A DNA stretch of 64,000 bases from an uncultured Acidobacteriota bacterium (GTDB lineage Bacteria > Acidobacteriota > Terriglobia > UBA7540). Below, in pieces: positions 1 through 11,244 of this stretch; positions within the stretch are counted from its first letter, which is position 1, and every line of letters begins with the position of its first letter. The DNA lies in the NCBI GenBank assembly GCA_963804995.1, contig CAWDSK010000003.1:1056001-1120000 (forward strand), written 5' to 3'. A program made the position numbers and the translations under genes. The notes beneath the pieces were generated by a model that saw nothing but the letters and a program-made list of their open reading frames with translations, made no database searches and was not told the origin of the DNA.

Positions 1-1238
1 ATATTTGTTACGTCGTCCTCCGTGAAGAGCTGCCGCGTATACGGCGGCGGCTTCAGCACTTGCTGCTGGGTGGGCCAGGCCTTTTCGCCCGGTATATCGG
101 AGGGGGGGACGGGCCGCTCTTCAATCGGAAAGAGTGGCTGGCCAGTCTCGCGGTCTAGCACAAAGAGCTGGCCGAACTTGGTGGGCTGCACCACGGCGTC
201 AACGCGTTTGCCGTTGACCGTAACGGTCCCGAGCGCGGCGGCACAGGGAAGATCCCGATCCCACAAATCGTGATGCACCACCTGGTAGTGCCAGATGCGC
301 TTGCCGGTAGTTGCGTCCAGCGCAATCACACAATTCGCAAACAGGTTTTGTCCCAGCCGCTGGCCTCCGTAGAAATCGAATGCCGCAGAACCTGTGGAAA
401 CAAAAACCCAACCGCGTCTTTCATCCAGCGTCATGCCACCCCAATCGTTGGCTCCGCCCGCGGTACGCCAGGAATCGCCCTCCCAAGTCTCATTCCCAAC
501 CTCGCCCGGACGGGGGATGGTGTGAAAGATCCAGGCCATCACACCGGTGCGCACGTCAAAGGCGCGCACATGGCCGGGCGCTGAGGGCGACGGACCTTCG
601 CCGCACATCGATCCCATAATGATCAGGTTCTTGTAAACGATGCCGGGTGAAGTGACGTCATACTCGAGGCCGCTGATATCGCGCCCCAGGCCTTTGGTCA
701 GGTCCACGCTGCCCCCTTGACCGAAGGTGCGAACCAGCTTGCCCGTATTGGCGTCGAACGCCATCAGTTGCGCGTTCGCCACCAGGAAGATGCGCCGGTC
801 ATTCCCGTCTTCCCAGTAGGCCACGCCCCGATTGACTCCGCGGGGCTTGTCTTCATCCACGCCTTCGAAGGGATCGAACTGCCAGAGAAGCGTTCCCGTG
901 GCGGCATCAAGCGCGCTGAGCTTCAGTTGCGCGGTGGTGAGGTACATCACACCGTTGACGACCAGCGGGTTGCATTCGATAGTGGTGGAGGGCTTAAGGC
1001 GGCTGTCGCCGGTGTGGTAAGTCCAGGCGACCTGCAGCTTGCCCACGTTCGAGCGATTAATCTGATCGAGCGGCGAGTAGTGCCATCCGGCGGAATTGCC
1101 ACCGTAAACACGCCACTCGCGATCTGCGATGGTTGCGGACTGGCCGGTGGCGGAGGCTGGGGCAGGCCGCGCCGAAACGGCAAGCAACGTGGAGGCGCTC
1201 TGTTTGAGGAAGGTACGGCGATTTACCCGCTTACGCAT
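1..1238 (-). CDS. PQQ-dependent (quinoprotein) glucose/sugar dehydrogenase, Tat-exported; runs off the window start
   Basis: Manual translation from ATG 1238: MRKRVNRRTFLKQ (twin-arginine) ...WRVYGGNSAGWHYSPLDQINRSNVGKLQVAWTYHTGD... and WHYQVVHHDLWDRDLP near 255-295, typical of the family. Absent from the ORF track because the stop lies outside the window. Confidence 0.9.
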   Translation of the reverse strand, partial: MRKRVNRRTFLKQSASTLLAVSARPAPASATGQSATIADREWRVYGGNSAGWHYSPLDQINRSNVGKLQVAWTYHTGDSRLKPSTTIECNPLVVNGVMYLTTAQLKLSALDAATGTLLWQFDPFEGVDEDKPRGVNRGVAYWEDGNDRRIFLVANAQLMAFDANTGKLVRTFGQGGSVDLTKGLGRDISGLEYDVTSPGIVYKNLIIMGSMCGEGPSPSAPGHVRAFDVRTGVMAWIFHTIPRPGEVGNETWEGDSWRTAGGANDWGGMTLDERRGWVFVSTGSAAFDFYGGQRLGQNLFANCVIALDATTGKRIWHYQVVHHDLWDRDLPCAAALGTVTVNGKRVDAVVQPTKFGQLFVLDRETGQPLFPIEERPVPPSDIPGEKAWPTQQQVLKPPPYTRQLFTEDDVTN

Positions 1239-1374
1239 AAATCAAAGCTCCCAGGCCCAGCATTTGAGGGTACAATGCCGGCGACGTATTCGTGAACTTT
1301 TGTTCTATATGCAGCGGCATCTTACGCCGACCCGTAGGGTGAATGCAATCAGCTTGGCTTTAAGTAATGGTTCT

Positions 1375-1426
1375 TGTAGCGCCGACCTTGAGGTCGGCAT
1401 GTGTCCCGAGAGGTCGGGACGCTACA
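1375..1426. repeat. GTAG-type REP-like palindrome
   Basis: TGTAGCGCCGACC...GGTCGGC...CGCTACA: inverted GTAG/CTAC ends with internal hairpins. Confidence 0.6.
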
Positions 1427-1510
1427 ACACGACCCTGACAATCACCTGTACCGCGATTTGAGCCGCACTACACAAGGGTAGCCCGATTTTCGACTTCGAG
1501 GAGAAATTGC

Positions 1511-1945
1511 ATGATGCTCCAGGGAGCGCTTACATCAAAATGGTTCTGGTATTCGATTCTGTGTGTGGTCTGCTGGGGGGGATGGACGATTCTCGCCAAG
1601 CTTGGCTCGCAGCAGATATCCGCCGAAGCCTCGCAATTCCTTTTCGCTTGGGGCATGTTGCCCGTCGCCGCCGTGCTGCTGGCGGGCCGGCGCTTCCAAC
1701 TTGAGAAAAATGCCAAGGGGATTTTCTATTCGATCGCCAACGGCGTGCTGGCCGCGATTGGAAGCTGGGCGCTGTTCGCGGCGTATCGCACGGGTGGCAA
1801 CGCTTCGGTCATCACCGTGGTGACGGCGATGTATCCGTTGTTCACAGTGGTACTGGCCATGCTCGTTTTGCGCGAGCGGCTGACCAAGCTTCACGTGATC
1901 GGACTCATCTTTGCTGCAGCCGCGTTCGTTATCTTCTCACTTTAG
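1511..1945 (+). CDS. EamA/DMT family transporter (single repeat)
   Basis: About 5 hydrophobic helices, with the ASVITVVTAMYPLFTVVLAMLVLRERL motif. Confidence 0.85.
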   Translation: MMLQGALTSKWFWYSILCVVCWGGWTILAKLGSQQISAEASQFLFAWGMLPVAAVLLAGRRFQLEKNAKGIFYSIANGVLAAIGSWALFAAYRTGGNASVITVVTAMYPLFTVVLAMLVLRERLTKLHVIGLIFAAAAFVIFSL

Positions 1946-1956
1946 GTGATTTCTTT

Positions 1957-2373
1957 ATGCACTTACCGCCGTGGTTCTGGTTTTCACTGATTGTACTGGT
2001 GACCTGGGGTATTGTGGGGTTACTGCAAAAGCTCTCGACCAACGAAATCTCCGCTGAATCCGCACTGATCTGGCTGGTAGTGGGATTCTTCGTAGTGGCG
2101 CCGGTCTTCTATCCTGGCAAAGTCTTGTTCACTTACTCCGCTCGCAGCTTGCTCTACATCCTGCTAAGCGCGGTGCTGAACGCAGTGGGAGCGTGGGCCC
2201 TGCTGGCGGCCATGAAGAGTGGCGGCAAGGCTTCAATTGTGGTGCCGCTCACGGCCCTCTATCCTCTGATCATGATCCTGGCGGCTCCCGTCATCCTGCG
2301 GGAGTCCATCACGGCGCTCCAGGGAGTCGGCGTCGCGTGTGCGCTGATTGCCATCGCCCTCTTGTCGACTTAA
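1957..2373 (+). CDS. EamA/DMT family transporter (paralogue of upstream gene)
   Basis: GKASIVVPLTALYPLIMILAAPVILRESI motif; tandem with 1511-1945. Confidence 0.85.
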   Translation: MHLPPWFWFSLIVLVTWGIVGLLQKLSTNEISAESALIWLVVGFFVVAPVFYPGKVLFTYSARSLLYILLSAVLNAVGAWALLAAMKSGGKASIVVPLTALYPLIMILAAPVILRESITALQGVGVACALIAIALLST

Positions 2374-2394
2374 AACCCACGACGGAGGGGCCCC

Positions 2395-3015
2395 CTAAGC
2401 TTCCGATGCCGATTCCGCGGTGGGTCTCAAGACCTCGGCGGTCGTGACCAGCCGGACGCCGACGGCGGTCATTTCCTCAAGCGCCTTCCGTCCCCCTTCC
2501 TCAGTGATGGGCTGGATGGCATCCACAACCAAATCGACCGGAAAGCCGTGCTGGCGTAGGGCCAGCGCATCCGCGCGCACGCAATACTCCGTGGCGACTC
2601 CGAACATTACAGCGTGCCTATGGCCAAGGGCTCGCAGCACATTTTCAAAGTTGGGATTATCCTGCGAAGTGTAGGTGGGTTTTTCGAGAATGAACTGCCC
2701 CACCCACCGCGCCGGGGGCGTAAAGGCATTCGGGCGGCTCGGGATGACGATCGCATCAACGAACTGCGTTTCCGGAATCCGCCGCTGCCCGGGAGTGCCG
2801 ACAACGCAATGGGGTGGCCAGATTTTGAACTCGGGGTCGTCGGGGGCATGTGCGTCCGCGGAGGAGATCACGGGTATTTGGTGGGCGCGGGCCCAATACA
2901 TCAGCCGAGCCAGATTGGGCACGATTTGCTCGGCGCCCGGCACGTAGAGTCTCCCGGTGGGGACCATGAAATCCACCTGCGTGTCCACATCGTAGAAAAC
3001 TAGGGACTCACTCAT
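2395..3015 (-). CDS. pncA: nicotinamidase/pyrazinamidase (cysteine hydrolase)
   Basis: DVDTQVDF, DAH, WPPHC and GVATEYCV motifs; lies downstream of pncB. Start placed at MSESL. Confidence 0.85.
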   Translation of the reverse strand: MSESLVFYDVDTQVDFMVPTGRLYVPGAEQIVPNLARLMYWARAHQIPVISSADAHAPDDPEFKIWPPHCVVGTPGQRRIPETQFVDAIVIPSRPNAFTPPARWVGQFILEKPTYTSQDNPNFENVLRALGHRHAVMFGVATEYCVRADALALRQHGFPVDLVVDAIQPITEEGGRKALEEMTAVGVRLVTTAEVLRPTAESASEA

Positions 3016-3029
3016 CACTGCGCTCCAAC

Positions 3030-3263
3030 TCCGGACTCGGGATACGGGACACGGGACACGGGACACGGGATACGGGACACGGGTTTAGGGATTAGGAGTC
3101 AGGGAAAGACTGCGAATGTAAAGCGGCCTGTCGGTGTGAACTTGGCGAGGCTAACCCGCCCAGCATTCTGGAGTTGATGAGCCGCTCGCGCCGAACCGCA
3201 AATCGAGGGTGAATTCCGTGTCCCGTACCCCGTGTCCCGTCTCCCGTGTCCCGTGTCCCGTAC
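3030..3263. repeat. inverted heptamer tandem repeats (GGGACAC)n / (GTGTCCC)n
   Basis: Array at about 3030-3083 and its reverse complement at about 3217-3263. Confidence 0.85.
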
Positions 3264-3264
3264 C

Positions 3265-4656
3265 TCACCGTCCTCCCTCCGGATGGGATGCTTCGATCGC
3301 ACCAAAGTGCTGCACGCGAACCTCTTCCAGTAATTGTTCGAGCGCCACGCTCTTCTCAACCGGATACGCGGGCGCCTCGCGCAAAGCTTGGTACGGTTCC
3401 GGCAGGTTAGCGAGATTCTGAAGCGTGCGCTCGCGGATTTCCAACACCCGCGGGGAGGGCGCCAGGCGGCGGCCCTCGCGCATAACGGGTTGAAGCAGCG
3501 ACGAGGCATTGTAATCTTCCCCCGCGCGCGCGATGAGGTCGTGATGATATTGCCCGCCCTCCGAAAATCGAAATACCTGTTTGCGGCCGGGCCAATAAAC
3601 CTTTTCCTCGCTGAATTTCGTTTTCGGCTGCACCACGCCACCCATTTCGGTCTCTACCAACTTATAAACCACGCTCAGCGCCGGGACGTCGCGAGAAGTA
3701 ACTAAATCCGTGCCGACTCCGAAGGAATCAATTGGTGCGCCGGCCTCGACCAGCGCCTGGATCTTGTGCTCGTTCAAATCGCCGCTCGCCACAATCTTCG
3801 TGTCGCGCAGGCCGTGCCGGTCGAGGATGTCGCGCACCCGCTGGCTTTTTTCCAGCAAGTCACCGCTGTCGAGCCGTACCCCCGGAACCTTTTTCCCCAG
3901 CGTTGCGGCGATTTCCGCACCCGCCAAAGGATCGTAAGTATCAATCAGCAGGATTGCGGAATCAGGGAAAGTTTCAAGCAGCGCCGCGAAGCTGCGCCGC
4001 TCGCTAGGGAACACCTGCGTCCAGGAATGCGCCGCGGTACCAGCCAGGGGCAGGCCGTAAAGCGCTCCTGCCAGCACGTTGGACGTGGCCACACAGCCGC
4101 CTACGCAAGCGGCCCGCGCCGCGCGCAAGCCAGCTTCCGGCCCGTGCGCGCGGCGCGTACCGAACTCCAGCACGCTGCGCCCGCCCGCCGCATGCACCAC
4201 GCGCGCCGCCTTCGACGCCACCAAGGTTTCAAAATGCATAACCGAGAGCAGGTAGGTCTCAACAATCTGCGCTTCCAGGACGGGCGCAGTCACTTGCAAA
4301 AGCGGCTCATCTGCAAAACCCAGCGCTCCCTCTTCGACTGCCCGCACGTCTCCGTGGAAACGAAACTCCCGCAGATAGTTAAAGAAGTCCGGTGAAACCG
4401 TCCGGAAGGCGGGCTGCCCGCGCAGAAAACGTATATCGGCATCGCTGAAGCGCAGGTTCTCAAGGTAGGTGAGGGCTGAGTCAAGGCCAGCCGCCACCAG
4501 GTAAGAGCGCTCCGCCGGCATGTGACGCACGAAGAGCTCGAACGTGGCGCGGCAGTCAATGCGGTGCTCGAAATACGCCGCCGCCATGGTCAGCTCGTAC
4601 AGGTCAACCAGCAAGGCGTGATCAGTATTCAGCTCAGCTCCGGGCATCGGTTGCAC
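3265..4656 (-). CDS. pncB: nicotinate phosphoribosyltransferase
   Basis: DLYELTM, EFGTRRAH, LIDTYD, VRLDSGDL, SGDLNE, FGVGT and VYKLVE motifs. Confidence 0.95.
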   Translation of the reverse strand: MQPMPGAELNTDHALLVDLYELTMAAAYFEHRIDCRATFELFVRHMPAERSYLVAAGLDSALTYLENLRFSDADIRFLRGQPAFRTVSPDFFNYLREFRFHGDVRAVEEGALGFADEPLLQVTAPVLEAQIVETYLLSVMHFETLVASKAARVVHAAGGRSVLEFGTRRAHGPEAGLRAARAACVGGCVATSNVLAGALYGLPLAGTAAHSWTQVFPSERRSFAALLETFPDSAILLIDTYDPLAGAEIAATLGKKVPGVRLDSGDLLEKSQRVRDILDRHGLRDTKIVASGDLNEHKIQALVEAGAPIDSFGVGTDLVTSRDVPALSVVYKLVETEMGGVVQPKTKFSEEKVYWPGRKQVFRFSEGGQYHHDLIARAGEDYNASSLLQPVMREGRRLAPSPRVLEIRERTLQNLANLPEPYQALREAPAYPVEKSVALEQLLEEVRVQHFGAIEASHPEGGR

Positions 4657-5168
4657 CTTATCGCCGATCGTCGAGTCACTCGGAAAATCGTTTCCGCTCC
4701 GCCATCGAGTTAGCGGAATTCAAGTATGTCGTTGACTGTCAAGGAGAGTCAAGCGCGGGTGGAGATGCAGTTTGAAATTAGGCGAAGGGACCAGTTTAGC
4801 CAGTTTCCAATGGGCGTTTTTCAGGCCCAATTCTGCTTAAATGGTGGGGTGGGCAGTAATTTACAGCTATTGGTAAACCCTTGGCGACAAGACAGGAGCT
4901 ATTTCCTCGAACCCCGTTTGAACGAAGCCGCTGGGTGGCGGACGCTTCGCGTGCGTGGAGTCGGGACAAGGATGTACCCAGCGGACCACTCGAAGCTTAC
5001 CCTCCGGGTGCCCGACGATAATGGTTTCTTTGCCCAGACCTTCGGGGTCCCCGCCAAAGGCATGAATGGCCCTTCCGTGACCCGCATGATCACCTTACAC
5101 TGAAACTCGATTCACAGTTGCATTGGGTAGCGGTGTGAAGTACCTTTTGGGTCAACGGAAGGTGGATC

Positions 5169-5780
5169 GTGAAACCCCCTGAGGGTATGTCGCGATTGCC
5201 GCAAGACCAGCCCATCACAGCTCTGCTGCATGAGTTCGCCTCAGGGGACAAAAGCGCACTCGACCGCCTGGTACCTTTGATCTACCCCGAACTGCGGAGG
5301 CTGGCGCGGGGCTACATGCGCCACGAGCGTCCTGGCCATACGCTGCAACCAACCGCCTTGGTGCATGAGGCTTATGTCCGGCTAATAAAGCAGGAGCAAC
5401 CGGATTATCGCAGCCGTGCGCACTTCATGGGCGTAGCGGCGCAAGTGATGCGCCAGATCCTGATCGACCACGCACGTACTCGCGATGCGGAGAAACGTGG
5501 TGGTGGAGCGGCGAAGTTGTCCCTGGAAATGGCTGCCGGCATGCCCGCCGGTCAGCCTTTAACGATCATCGCCATTGACGAGGCCCTGGATCAATTGGCG
5601 CGGGAGGATTCCCTGAAGGCGCGGTTGATCGAGATGCGTTTCTTCGGAGGGATGAGCGCCGAGGAATCCGCCGAGGTTTTGAAACTTTCCGTCACCGAGG
5701 TGCGGCGTCATCTCCGCGTGGGCCAGGCATGGTTGCAACGTGAGCTGGATCAGAAAGCTGCCCCTGACGAAAAGTCCTGA
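5169..5780 (+). CDS. ECF sigma factor of the kinase-associated type
   Basis: HTLQPTALVHEAYVRL and RQILIDHAR..KRGG motifs; directly upstream of a Ser/Thr kinase. Confidence 0.92.
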   Translation: MKPPEGMSRLPQDQPITALLHEFASGDKSALDRLVPLIYPELRRLARGYMRHERPGHTLQPTALVHEAYVRLIKQEQPDYRSRAHFMGVAAQVMRQILIDHARTRDAEKRGGGAAKLSLEMAAGMPAGQPLTIIAIDEALDQLAREDSLKARLIEMRFFGGMSAEESAEVLKLSVTEVRRHLRVGQAWLQRELDQKAAPDEKS

Positions 5781-5850
5781 CCTGGGTGCAAATTTCTCCG
5801 GCCTTTTTCGCCTTATTACGTGGGGTGCTGATCGGTTCGAAGGAGAGACT

Positions 5851-8773
5851 GTGTCCAGCAACAACTGGGACAGAATCCAGGAGATTTTCTTTGAGGCTGC
5901 CGATTTGCCTGTCTCCGAGCGCGATGCGTTCCTGGCGCGCGTCTGCAACGGGGATGCCGGGTTGCGCTCTGAGGTAGAGTCCCTGCTCCGGGCTGACGCC
6001 GCCGGCGGCTCCGCCATCGCCGCGGCCATCGAGTCTGAGGTCAGTGCGCTGCTCGACGACGATGCGCCGCTGGTCGGCACGCGCATGGGACCGTACCGTT
6101 TGTTGAAGGAAATCGGGCGTGGCGGCATGGGATCGGTGTACCTGGGTGAGCGCGACGACGAACAATACCGCAAGCTGGTGGCCATCAAGGTGGTCAAGCG
6201 CGGCATGGACAGTACGGAAGTGCTGGCGCGTTTTCGCCATGAGCGCCAGATTCTGGCGGGCCTCGAGCATCCCTACATCGCTCGTCTCATCGATGGGGGC
6301 ACAACTCCTGATGGCCGTCCGTTTTTTGTTATGGAGTATGTGCAAGGGCAGCCGATTGACGCCTACTGCCGCGAGCAGGGTCTCAATCTGGAACTTCGTT
6401 TACGGTTGTTCTTGCGAGTTTGCGAGGCCGTCTCGTATGCCCACCGTGGGCTGGTAGTCCATCGCGACCTTAAGCCCGGCAATATTTTTGTTGCCGCAGA
6501 GGGAATTCCCAAACTCCTTGATTTCGGAGTGGCCAAGCTGCTGGATCCCGGCAATGATCCCGGACTCACCTCCACTTCTGCCGCGATGGGCCCCCTCACC
6601 CCGGAGTACGCCAGCCCCGAGCAAATCCGGGGCTTGGCGATAACCACTGCGGCGGACGTTTATGCCTTGGGGGCCATTCTCTTTGAGCTGCTGACGGGAA
6701 GCCAGGCCCAGCGGATTGCTACCCATAGCCCCTCGGAAATTGAGCGCGTGGTCTGCCAAACGGATACCCCACGCCCCAGCACCGTTGCCCGGGCCGCCGG
6801 CGCACCGCACCGGCTGGACGGCGATCTGGACAATATCGTTCTCATGGCGATGCGCAAGGAGCCCGAACGCCGCTATGGATCGGTGAATCAGTTTGCCGAC
6901 GATATCGTGCGCTATCTGGACGGCCGGCCCGTCCTCGCCCGGCAGGCTTCGGTGGTCTATCGCGCCCGCAAGTTTGTGCGTCGCAACCGCCTGGCCTTGG
7001 CGGCGACCTTCCTGATCTTCCTGAGCCTGCTCGGGGGGATTGTTCTGGCGGAGAGGCAGGCTCGCCGAGCCGAGAGTGCGCGCCGCTTCGCGGAAACCCA
7101 GAGGCAGTCTGCCGAGCGCGAGCGGGAGCGTGCCGAAGGGCAGAGGCAACTGGCCGAGCGCGAACGGGCCCGGGCAGAAGCCGAAACCCAAGTCGCCAGA
7201 ACTGAACAGGACCGCTCCCGACGCCGTCTCGCCCAGATGCTGGAATTGGCAAACAGTTCGCTTTTCGACGTGCACACGGCCATCGAAAAACTTCCCGGCG
7301 CAACGGAGGCCCGGCGTCAGATCGTGGTGACGACGCTCCGATTCCTGGAGGACCTGTCCAAAGATGCCGGCCAGGACGACGGACTTGCGGTTCGTGTTGA
7401 GCGCCTCCTATTTTAAAGTCGCGAACGTTCTGGGTTATCCCCTTCAGCCGAATCTGGGTGACACCCAGGGTGCATTGGCGAATTACGAAAAATCCGTCGC
7501 GTTGATTGAGCCCCTTCTTGCTAAAGATCCCGATCGTTCGGAGTACGTTTTGCAGTGGGTGCAAACGAAAGTCAATTGGGCAACATTGCTCGCCCGGACG
7601 AGTGAAGAACCGCGGGCGTTGCAGATGATGCGTAACACCCTGCCGGCGGCTCAACGGCTCCCGCGGTTGTGTCCCAAGGACTCCCAATGCCTCTCTCGCG
7701 GAGGGCCAGGTGTACTCGGTGATGGTGAATACACTGGTGACCACGCGATTCCGGCGCTGCTCTCCACTTCTGCACAACTGGAGACGCAGGCCATGGAGCG
7801 AGCGCTGCAATTTTCCCCGAGTAACACCGACATTCAACTTGAACTCGGGACGGCCTATAGCCAGGAGGCGAGGGTATGGAACACTCGGGGGGATCTGCGG
7901 GAAGCCGTGGAGCGATACCGGCAAGCTGTGGCGCTGAGGGAAGGCGCATTGGTGCGCAACCCCTCCGATGTCCTGACTCGACGCAGCTTGATGATCACCT
8001 ACGGCAACCTTGGCGGCGCCTTGGGGAGCCCGCTTTATCCGAACCTCGGCGATACCGCGGGAGCGCGCGAATACTACGGGAAGGCACTCGCCATTGCTCG
8101 CGATCTGGCGAACGCTGACCGCAACGATCAGCTTGCGCAATATGATCTTGCCAACGCCCTGCTGTTCCGCTCATCGTTGGACCTTCCCAAGGAGGAGTGG
8201 GCGGAATCCATGGCGAATCTTCAAGAGGCGGACGGAATTCTCCAGAAACTCGTGGCGGCTGACCCTCGGTCGATTGCCAAGTTGCGGGCGCTGGCGACAG
8301 TCGAGGAATATGAAGGCCAAGCGCCTGGAAGGCTTGGGAAGAAGTGACGAGGCACTGGTCAAAAGCTCGCCAGTCCCTTGCCACTGCCGAGCAGGCGCTG
8401 GCCCGCAGCCCCGTCCGACCTCGGCATGGTCTCGCAAGCGTTGGCCAGCGAGGAGAGCATTGCGGAGATCCTCGCCCATCAGGGCGATCAACCCGGAGCC
8501 CTCGAGATGGCGCGAAAAGCGATCGCGCGGGCGGAGCGAATTTCCGCGCCTGATTCCGAGCGGGATCGCGTAACCCGTTCGGTTGCCTCGGCGTACCAGA
8601 ACCTTGCAAAGGTTGAGGTGACCTTCGGGAACTGGAGTGAGGCCCGGGCGGCCGCACAGCGCGCGGTTGACGGGTGGCGGCAAATGATTGCCTCGGGAAG
8701 CCGGCGTGCCGACCCCGCCCAGGCGGCCCTTGCCGAAGCCCTGCTCAAAGACTGCAACGCGCATTTGCGCTAA
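5851..8773 (+). pseudogene. membrane Ser/Thr protein kinase with TPR-like C-terminus, split by several frameshifts (possibly sequencing errors)
   Basis: GRGGMGSVY, VAIK, HRDLKPGN, DFG and PEYASPEQ motifs plus a TM helix. Coding continues in frames 7364-8347, about 8320-8400 and 8378-8773. GTG start follows AGGAGA. Confidence 0.85.
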
Positions 8774-8866
8774 AAAGTTCTTTTCCTCCTGCGCAAATTC
8801 CACCCTGGTTTTTCGCCTTAATAGATAGGGACCCAAGTAGAGGTCCTGAACACTCCTCCAGTTAGC

Positions 8867-8901
8867 ACGGACTAATCCCGCCTCGGGCGGGATTAGTCCG
8901 T
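8867..8901. terminator. perfect GC-rich hairpin (terminator-like or repeat)
   Basis: ACGGACTAATCCCGCC-TCG-GGCGGGATTAGTCCGT. Confidence 0.55.
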
Positions 8902-8924
8902 CTCTTAGGTTCTATGTGTTCTAG

Positions 8925-9767
8925 GTGGTGCGCATGAGTAATCCGGCGAATATCGAACAACTCGGCCCGCAAGCGCACATTGCGGCGGCGCTTATGCGGT
9001 GGGAATCACAAAAGAGGGAATTCTGGGTTCTGATCATCTTTGCGGGTGTGGTCCTTGTCCTGGGAGTTTCATCCTTCTTTTCCCCTCACCGGTTCTGGGA
9101 AGGGGGCGTCTTGCATGTCAGTCTCTCGCCGCAGGTTCTTTTTGTCATCATGGTGGGCACGGTGCTGGCATCGTTGTTTTACGCTCGGCGAGACTTTGAG
9201 GTCCAAGGTCTTCGGCTGGCCAATATTCAGCAGTACATGTGCTCGCAGGAAGAGCAAGCCAATAGCAGGATCGATGCGGTGACCAACGTGTTCACTCGCG
9301 CCTTGCTGCATGATCTCCTGACCGGCGAAATCTCCCGCGCCGAGCGCACTCACCGCTCGCTGGCGCTCATCATGTGCGACCTGAACAACTTTAAGCAGGT
9401 CAACGATCATTATGGGCACCTCATCGGCGACTACGTGCTCTCGCAGATTGCCGCCATCTTAAAACTCTGCGTCCGTGGCTCCGACTATATCGTCCGTTAC
9501 GGCGGTGATGAGTTCCTCATTTTGCTTCCTGAAACCGACCAAGATGGGGGGGAGGTCGTGCGCCAGCGCGTGCATCGCAAGGTCGCCGAATGGGACCGCA
9601 GTAACCGCGTGGGCGACTTGCCGATCTCCATCAGCCTGGGCTTGTGCTTCCACGTGACCGGCCATACAGCGGAGATGGATGTCGCGGAAGCCGATGCTCG
9701 CATGTACGCGGATAAACAAGCCACCAAACACGGAACCATCGCAAGCGCCTTACCCCTGGCGCAATGA
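8925..9767 (+). CDS. membrane-anchored diguanylate cyclase
   Basis: Two TM helices, DLNNFKQVNDHYGH, RxxD I-site (RGSD) and RYGGDEF. Confidence 0.92.
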   Translation: MVRMSNPANIEQLGPQAHIAAALMRWESQKREFWVLIIFAGVVLVLGVSSFFSPHRFWEGGVLHVSLSPQVLFVIMVGTVLASLFYARRDFEVQGLRLANIQQYMCSQEEQANSRIDAVTNVFTRALLHDLLTGEISRAERTHRSLALIMCDLNNFKQVNDHYGHLIGDYVLSQIAAILKLCVRGSDYIVRYGGDEFLILLPETDQDGGEVVRQRVHRKVAEWDRSNRVGDLPISISLGLCFHVTGHTAEMDVAEADARMYADKQATKHGTIASALPLAQ

Positions 9768-10080
9768 ATTTAGTCGCGCGCAGAACCCCGTCACTGCTAA
9801 CCGCCCATGGCCTTCGCCATCTGAATAAGTTTATAAAATAGAGACGTTGGCGAATTATCGAGCGGGCCACCGTCAGTGGTTTGCTGACTCTGGGCTTTTC
9901 TCCTGCCCGACTCCCCAAGGACAATTGCCTATTGACAATTGGGTTATGGCACGTCGCTATCGTCGTCTAATCCAAAGCAAAATTGTTGTTACTCGGCCGC
10001 CGGGAGAAAAAGCCAAGTACTACCCGAGCGCGGGCGAGGCAATTTCAGCCTCATCCGAGGATTCTGTTTGGTATGATCGG

Positions 10081-11169
10081 CTAGTGTCCTGAGTCAGAAG
10101 TTCGCTTACAAAATCGGGCCACGGCTTCAAGAATTTGGTCAGCCGTTTTGGTCCAAATGAAAGGTTTAGGGTCTTGGTTATAAGTTTCCACGTAGTGCCG
10201 CAAGGTCGCTTCCAGTTCTTGGGTGCTGCGGTGTACTCCGCGCCGGAGTTGTCGTTCGGTCAGGGTCGCGAACCAGCGCTCGACCAAGTTGATCCAGGAC
10301 GACCCGGTGGGAGTAAAGTGCCAATGGTAGCGAGGATGGCGCACCAGCCAGCGTCGAATCGAGGGCGTCTTGTGCGTGCCATAGTTATCCAGAATCAGGT
10401 GCACGTCCAATTGGGCGGGCGTGGCGGCATCGACCGTGTCCAGAAACTGGCGAAACTCGATGGCGCGATGCCGACGATGGCACTCGCCGATGACTTGGCC
10501 ACTGGCCATCTCCAGAGCGGCAAACAGCGAGGTGGTGCCATGGCGCTCGTAATCGTGCGTTCGCCGCTCGATCTGCCCGGGTCGCAGGGGGAGCAAAGGT
10601 TGGGTTCGGTCCAAGGCTTGGATCTGGGCCTTTTCATCCACGCAGAGCACCAAGGCCCGTTCGGGCGGGTTCAGATAGAGTCCCACGATATCCCGCACCT
10701 TCTCGATAAACAGCGGGTCGCGCGACAGTTTGAAGGTTTCGCTGCGATGGGGTTGCAAGGCAAAGGCCCGCCAGATGCGGCTGACCGCACTCTGGCTCAT
10801 CCCGCAACGCCGGGCCATCAGTCGGGTGCTCCAGTGGGTCGCGTTCGACGGCATCGATTCCAGCGTCATGGTCAATACCTGTTCCACCTGCGCGTCGTGG
10901 ATCTGGCGCGGTGCTCCGGGGCGGGGTTCGTCCAGCAGCCCCTCCAGACGCTGGGCGACGAATCGGCCTCGCCACTTGCCCACGGTTCGCTGACACAACC
11001 GCAGGGCAAGGCTCACTTCGGTATTGCTTTGGTCCTCCGCGCAGGCCAGTACAATGCGCGCGCGCAACGCCAGCGCTTGCGCCGTTTTCGGCCGCCGTGC
11101 CCAGCGCTGCAAGGTTTCGCGCTCTTCCAAGCTCAAACTCAATTTCGGTATAGGGCGTCCTCGTGGCAT
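10081..11169 (-). CDS. IS630 transposase
   Basis: N-terminal HTH and DDE residues (VDEK, LDNY, VERWF); the stop codon lies in the terminal repeat. Confidence 0.95.
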   Translation of the reverse strand: MPRGRPIPKLSLSLEERETLQRWARRPKTAQALALRARIVLACAEDQSNTEVSLALRLCQRTVGKWRGRFVAQRLEGLLDEPRPGAPRQIHDAQVEQVLTMTLESMPSNATHWSTRLMARRCGMSQSAVSRIWRAFALQPHRSETFKLSRDPLFIEKVRDIVGLYLNPPERALVLCVDEKAQIQALDRTQPLLPLRPGQIERRTHDYERHGTTSLFAALEMASGQVIGECHRRHRAIEFRQFLDTVDAATPAQLDVHLILDNYGTHKTPSIRRWLVRHPRYHWHFTPTGSSWINLVERWFATLTERQLRRGVHRSTQELEATLRHYVETYNQDPKPFIWTKTADQILEAVARFCKRTSDSGH

Positions 11170-11244
11170 TGGATTCCTCCTGGTTATAAACCCAATGCAC
11201 GGGAACTGCCATTTATTGAGCGAACTTCTGACTCAGGACACTAG
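10081..11244 (-). mobile_element. complete IS630-family insertion sequence
   Basis: 26-bp perfect inverted ends CTAGTGTCCTGAGTCAGAAGTTCGCT (10081-10106 and 11219-11244, counting the terminal CTAG). Confidence 0.95.

Noticed and set aside
4726..5103. Short ORFs between pncB and the ECF sigma gene (also 48244-48826 and 46918-47187)
   Set aside because: No recognisable motifs, RBS or coding-like composition.
5851..8773. Frameshifts in the kinase, and in the ABC permease (~16725), PilZ protein (~47575) and ferredoxin (~49897), as programmed frameshifting or true pseudogenes
   Set aside because: They look mostly like single extra bases, with no slippery motif and otherwise intact coding. Long-read consensus error is the simpler explanation. 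This cannot be settled without reads.
10135..11244. 369-aa plus-strand ORF
   Set aside because: Antisense shadow of the IS630 transposase, with no motifs.
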